From assembly GCA_002104945.1 (NCBI GenBank), contig MCFH01000001.1, positions 124,001 to 188,000 on the forward strand: a DNA stretch of 64,000 bases, written 5' to 3'. The DNA comes from Piromyces finnis finn (taxonomy: Eukaryota; Fungi; Neocallimastigomycota). Positions 59,261-64,000 of the stretch are shown here, piece after piece. The notes under the pieces were generated by a model, which saw only the letters and a program-made list of their open reading frames with translations, was not told where the DNA came from and did not search any database. Within the stretch, counting starts at the first letter, position 1; every line of letters starts with the position of its first letter. The position numbers and the translations under genes were made by a program.

Positions 59261-60566
59261 CATCTGATACAAGATTTTCATAGTGCTCAGTCTATCAATT
59301 ATTTATGAGGAGGAAAAAATATATTTTTTTATCATTTATATCCTTAATAGTTGAAACATGGGAGGATGTGTAACTTGGTCTGGTAAACTCTATGAGACTT
59401 TTCTAGCCTTACCTAAAACTTTTATTTATAAAATGTTTTCCTATGGAGATAAATATTAGCTTTTTATAGATTAGATATAAAATCACTCGTAAACAGTATT
59501 ATATTTATAAAAATTTATGTAATATTATTAATAACTCTCCAGTCCGATAGAGACTTGATATTTTCATAAGCCAAATGTTTTAATGTATTGGAGATAATGA
59601 AATACTGGACAGTTAAATTCCCCTTGAATAACGACTTCTATTTTTTGACCAATTGATTTGAATTTAGCATAAAAAACAAAAACTATATCATAAAGTAGGC
59701 ATAGTTCAATTCTTATTATTCATTTTAAAAGAACTTACTGTCAATATATAGATATATAGTATAAGATAATGAGAATATAATAAAAATAAAAAGGATAAAA
59801 AAAATAAAAAAAAATAGTAGAAAAGACAAATTGATAAGATAACTTGTAGATTGTTTGTCTAACAATGTTTTTTATTTTATTGTTTGAATAAACTTAGAGA
59901 TATAACTCTATCAAAGTCTTTATTTAAGAAATAAATTTGAATTTGGATCATTGCATAATTTTGTATTATTACAGTATTTTGTAATATTTTTAGTTGTTTC
60001 TAGAATTTGTTGGATGAATAATGGTGTTGTAACGAGGTCTAATTGTTAGTTTTGAATACTCATATAAGTTTAATCAATGATAAGGTCAGAGGGATAAAAA
60101 AAATGAGAAGTCAATAGAATACTATATTAAATGAACATTAGGTAAATAAGATAATTACTTATTTTCTATATCATATTTCAGAAAAAAAAAAAGTCATTTC
60201 CCCCTCTCAGAAAACGCTTTTGGCTATTAATTTAAACATTGACCATTATTAGTCAATAATATGTGATTTTGGCTAAAAACTTCGTATTCAAATAAAATAT
60301 TAATTTAATTTGTCATTTTTTTTTAACGGCATCAAATATTTTAAACTTTATTATTAATTTAATTAAAATTATAATACATGTAATAAAAAAAATTAAAAAT
60401 AAAAATAAAAATAAAAAAAAATATGTTTAAATAAACACAAATGAATAAAAATTGGGTATAATGTATTCGAGTCATTTTAATTAAAGTAAGAAAGCCACTA
60501 TTATACTAAAATATAATAATTGTATTTGACTTTCAATGGGACACCGAGCCAAAGATCAAAATTTTA

Positions 60567-63500
60567 TCATGGAACAAAATTATGATCTCCATTGGTTGCG
60601 CTGGCCCTCCTGGCCTGTCTTACTGTTTCTTCAGCATTGACGCTCTTGGATGTTGCTTCAAACCTTTTGAACATTGTCCATTGCTGGCCAATAGCAAAAG
60701 GCATGATTTTGGTTAGAAGTTCCGAGGTTACCGTCAAGAATAGTGTTCCTTCGTTAGTGCCAGATTGAATCTGACACTTGCAAAGTTCTTTCCATTTCCT
60801 TGAATTGTAATTGATATTGTTAAAACTTCTTCCCCCAAGAAGGAATTTAAATATTTTATTGCATACACTAGAATAATCATACACATTAATATTCACCGGA
60901 TTATTAGAACTATTACTATCATTAACTAAATTACTATCTAAATTAGAATTATTATCTTCACTATTGTTATTACTATTATTATTACTTCTACTACTATTAC
61001 TGTTATTATTACTATTGATACTACTACTATTGTTACTATTATTATTACTATTGGTACTATTACTATTAATGTTATTGCTATCTCTACTGATATTAACATT
61101 TTCATTGTTATTGATAGGACTGTTGGAATTACGTTGACTGAAAAAATTTAATAATAGGACTATGGAATTGTAATGTTTAAAACGGATATCTCTAAATGTT
61201 GGACAATCTAATAACCAATGCTTAATACTTTGATCTCCACACTTGCAACATGGACAGTAGTTAGGACAAACTGGATCAACAAATTTAGCAGCTTTGGCAA
61301 CTCTAGCATCCAACTTGTATCCGCTTCTTGCTTTCAATAGCCAGTAGAAGCCATAGGCAAACTCTGGGTACTCATAACATAATTTGATAAAATCTTTAGT
61401 TTCAATAAATTTATTATCATCATAATATTGCGCTTTGATTGAATTCCCTTTGAGATCTTTCCAATAAAAGTTTTTAACTGCTTTAACATCTCCATGTTTC
61501 TTTAGTTTTTTATCAAGTGTCCTACTTGATTTGCACCACGTGTATTTTCTAAATTTAGGAATGTAATTAACAAGGTATGAGATAATACAATTTGAGTTTT
61601 TCCATTTGTTAAAACATCTAACCTGAGCTAACGCACATTTGGCTGACAACAGAGGAATATTCAAATCTTTTGAGATAGAGTATAAAGATATAAACGATAC
61701 AGCTTTATGAACTCCGGCAATTCATCGTATTCCTTTGTTAACATGCTTCTGAGCAATTCTAGACCTAGCTTTGTTGGATCCAAGTAATGGTGCAAAGTAT
61801 GAAACTCTGTTGATTACTTGTGAGTTAAGTACTAGCTTTTTGAAGGGAATAGGAATATTAGGATTTCTTAAGAATTTACTGACTGAGAAAAGTTCTTTCA
61901 AAACCTTGTTATTAAGAGCTTTAATTTCAGGTTTAAGGGACAAATTCTTATCAAGTGGAACATCTTTTTTAAGCATCCTCTTGATGGAGCACAAATAACT
62001 ATATCATCTGCAAAAAGTCCACCACAGCATCGAGTGTCACCTAAACTGACTCCGAGATCTTCGCACTCTCTAAATATATCATTAATAAAGAGATTAAAAA
62101 GAATAAGAAAAAGTGGGCAACCCTGACGGACTCCTTTCTTCACATCAAAAGATTTCGAGAATTGTCCATCTAATTTGACATTAGCCTTAGATGTTAAATA
62201 TAAATTTTTGATGAATTATAAACTCTTACCTCGGATTCCTAAACAATCTAATTTATGGAGAATATTACCGATTGGGACTGAATCGTATGCTTTCCTGAGA
62301 TCTAAAAAGGCCAAATATGTATCTTTATTATCTAATTGACGTCTACGGCATATTTCTTGGATTGAAATGAAAAGACTAATACTTTCTTCCTTTTTTCGAA
62401 AACCAAATTGTTCAGGTCTAATGAAATTATTCTTTAAACCATATTCTGAGATTCTAGTGGTGACAATTTTAGAAATCAACTTAATACCATTATTGATAAG
62501 TGATATACCTCGATAGTTATCACAATCTGTCAAATCTCCCTTCTTAGGAATAGAAACAATACTGGATTCATTCCAAGAGCTGAGGAAATCTCCATCCCAA
62601 ATACGGTTGAATAATTTAAGAATAAAATTTAAACCATGAGCATCATTATCTGAAGTAGTATTACCAGAAGAGTTATTATCTGTAGCATTATTAGAATCAT
62701 TACTTGATGAAATTAATGCTTTGTAAAATTCAATTGGAATACCATCCGGACCTGATGCTTTATAATTTGGAGTAGAGAGGATAGCTGACTTGACTTCATC
62801 AATACTAATATCTTGGTTGATATCCCATTCATCAAGCATAGGGAGTGAAAAACGTTTATTCGTTGGTTCTTCATACCAATGCTCCAAATCAAGACTTACA
62901 CCACTTGGATCTAATGCAAGGTTTTCGAAATGATCATGCCACACTTCTATTTGTTCTTCTGTAGCAACAACTAATTCTCCATTTTTGTTTTTAATTGGTT
63001 GAGCAATAAAGAAAGAATCTTTTCCAATTTTTGCAGTTTTCTTGATCCATTTCCAGGCCTTCTTAGGATTATGACTCTTCATATACTCACATCCTGTTTT
63101 AATCCAATGAAGATATTCTTACTTCCTAAATTCATTACATCTTTTGTGGATGTAATTGATGAGCTTACGGTAGATTTTAATTCTTTTAATAAATTCATCT
63201 ATATCACAAATTCTTTCTTTTTTAAATCTCTTATACAACTTCATTTTGATTTTTTAAAGATTAAAAATTTGTTGTAAAATATGAAATGAAGACTTTATAA
63301 CATCATTTGCTGGGGTAATACTGAGCTCGTCTGCAATTGAAAGAGCAGTTGAAGTAAACTCTTTGGAAAGTTCATCTGTTGAAACATTAGAATCGTTGAG
63401 TTTTGCTGAAAGTATTTGGAATTCATTATGACTGATAATAGATTCCTTTTCCTCAATACATTTTAATCTATTCCATTTCAGAATTTTCTTAGGAACATTA

Positions 63501-64000
63501 AAGTCATTAGAAAAATCTACCATAGGAATAATCTTACCATTAATAAGGAGTGGCTTATGGTCTGATACAGGATAAAAATTATTTATAAATGATCCTGAGT
63601 GAATAAGACCTTTCATCTTCGAATTAATAAGAGCATAGTCAATGTCGGAAGATTGATCACCTCGAGTCCAAGAGATAGTAGACCCTCTAAGCGGAAGAAT
63701 TTCCCAATCTCCTAATCCATTAGTTGATAACCAGTTGGATAATTTTACTTTAGACATATTAAAATCACCAACAAGAATCGATGGATGGGATGAATGAGCT
63801 TGTAACCACAAGCGAACTTCTAACTTTGCATGGTCAACATAGATGTTGTGATGACTATGAGGCATATAAACATTTCCAATCGAGCATTTGAATCTATTCC
63901 AAAGACTAAAAGCTAAAAGTATAAATAGAAATAATATACTTTCCAGAGAAGTTTTCAAGTGAGGCTTGACACGAATTGTGAAAACCTAAATATAAGCCTC
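60567..64000 (-). mobile_element. Non-LTR (LINE-like) retrotransposon ORF2, frameshifted: APE endonuclease, RT, C-terminal Cys/His motif
   Basis: LVGDFN, DIDY, SDHKP (APE); GPDGIP, QFGFR, FLDLRKAYDSV, GVRQGCP, LFADD (RT); CPCCKC..HWLLDCP. Spread over several frames; no poly(A) tail seen. Confidence 0.9.

Overview
Extremely AT-rich eukaryotic DNA made almost entirely of nested retrotransposons. I found no host gene. The AT content, Asn-rich ORFs and element types suggest a fungus, possibly an anaerobic gut fungus (inference). Family letters below are my own labels. Target-site duplications (TSDs) let most of the nest be unpicked by eye. A degraded minus-strand Ty1/Copia is split into three pieces (4828-5121, 14676-14760, 45376-~46100). 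It hosts a 30.6-kb nest built on chromoviral Gypsy element J (14761-45375, TSD ATAAT) and a stack at a TACTT site (5117-14675). Four Ty3/Gypsy families have internal regions: A (2 copies), B (2 copies), F and J. There is also a near-intact Copia (22582-28491), a dead Copia RT fragment, about 14 solo LTRs or LTR-like pieces, and two LINE-like relics at the right end. Main observations: (1) 12 of 20 TSD-defined insertions lie within 17 nt of a pre-existing LTR terminus, including repeat hits at the same base; (2) all four Gypsy families show a Tf1-type self-priming signature, three with a TATA box at the matching distance; (3) the Copia appears to prime from a tRNA-Lys(CTT) half-molecule; (4) element F has a canonical A_AAA_AAC plus stem-loop -1 frameshift signal. 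All comparisons were made by eye, and the assembly of such repetitive DNA should be confirmed with long reads.
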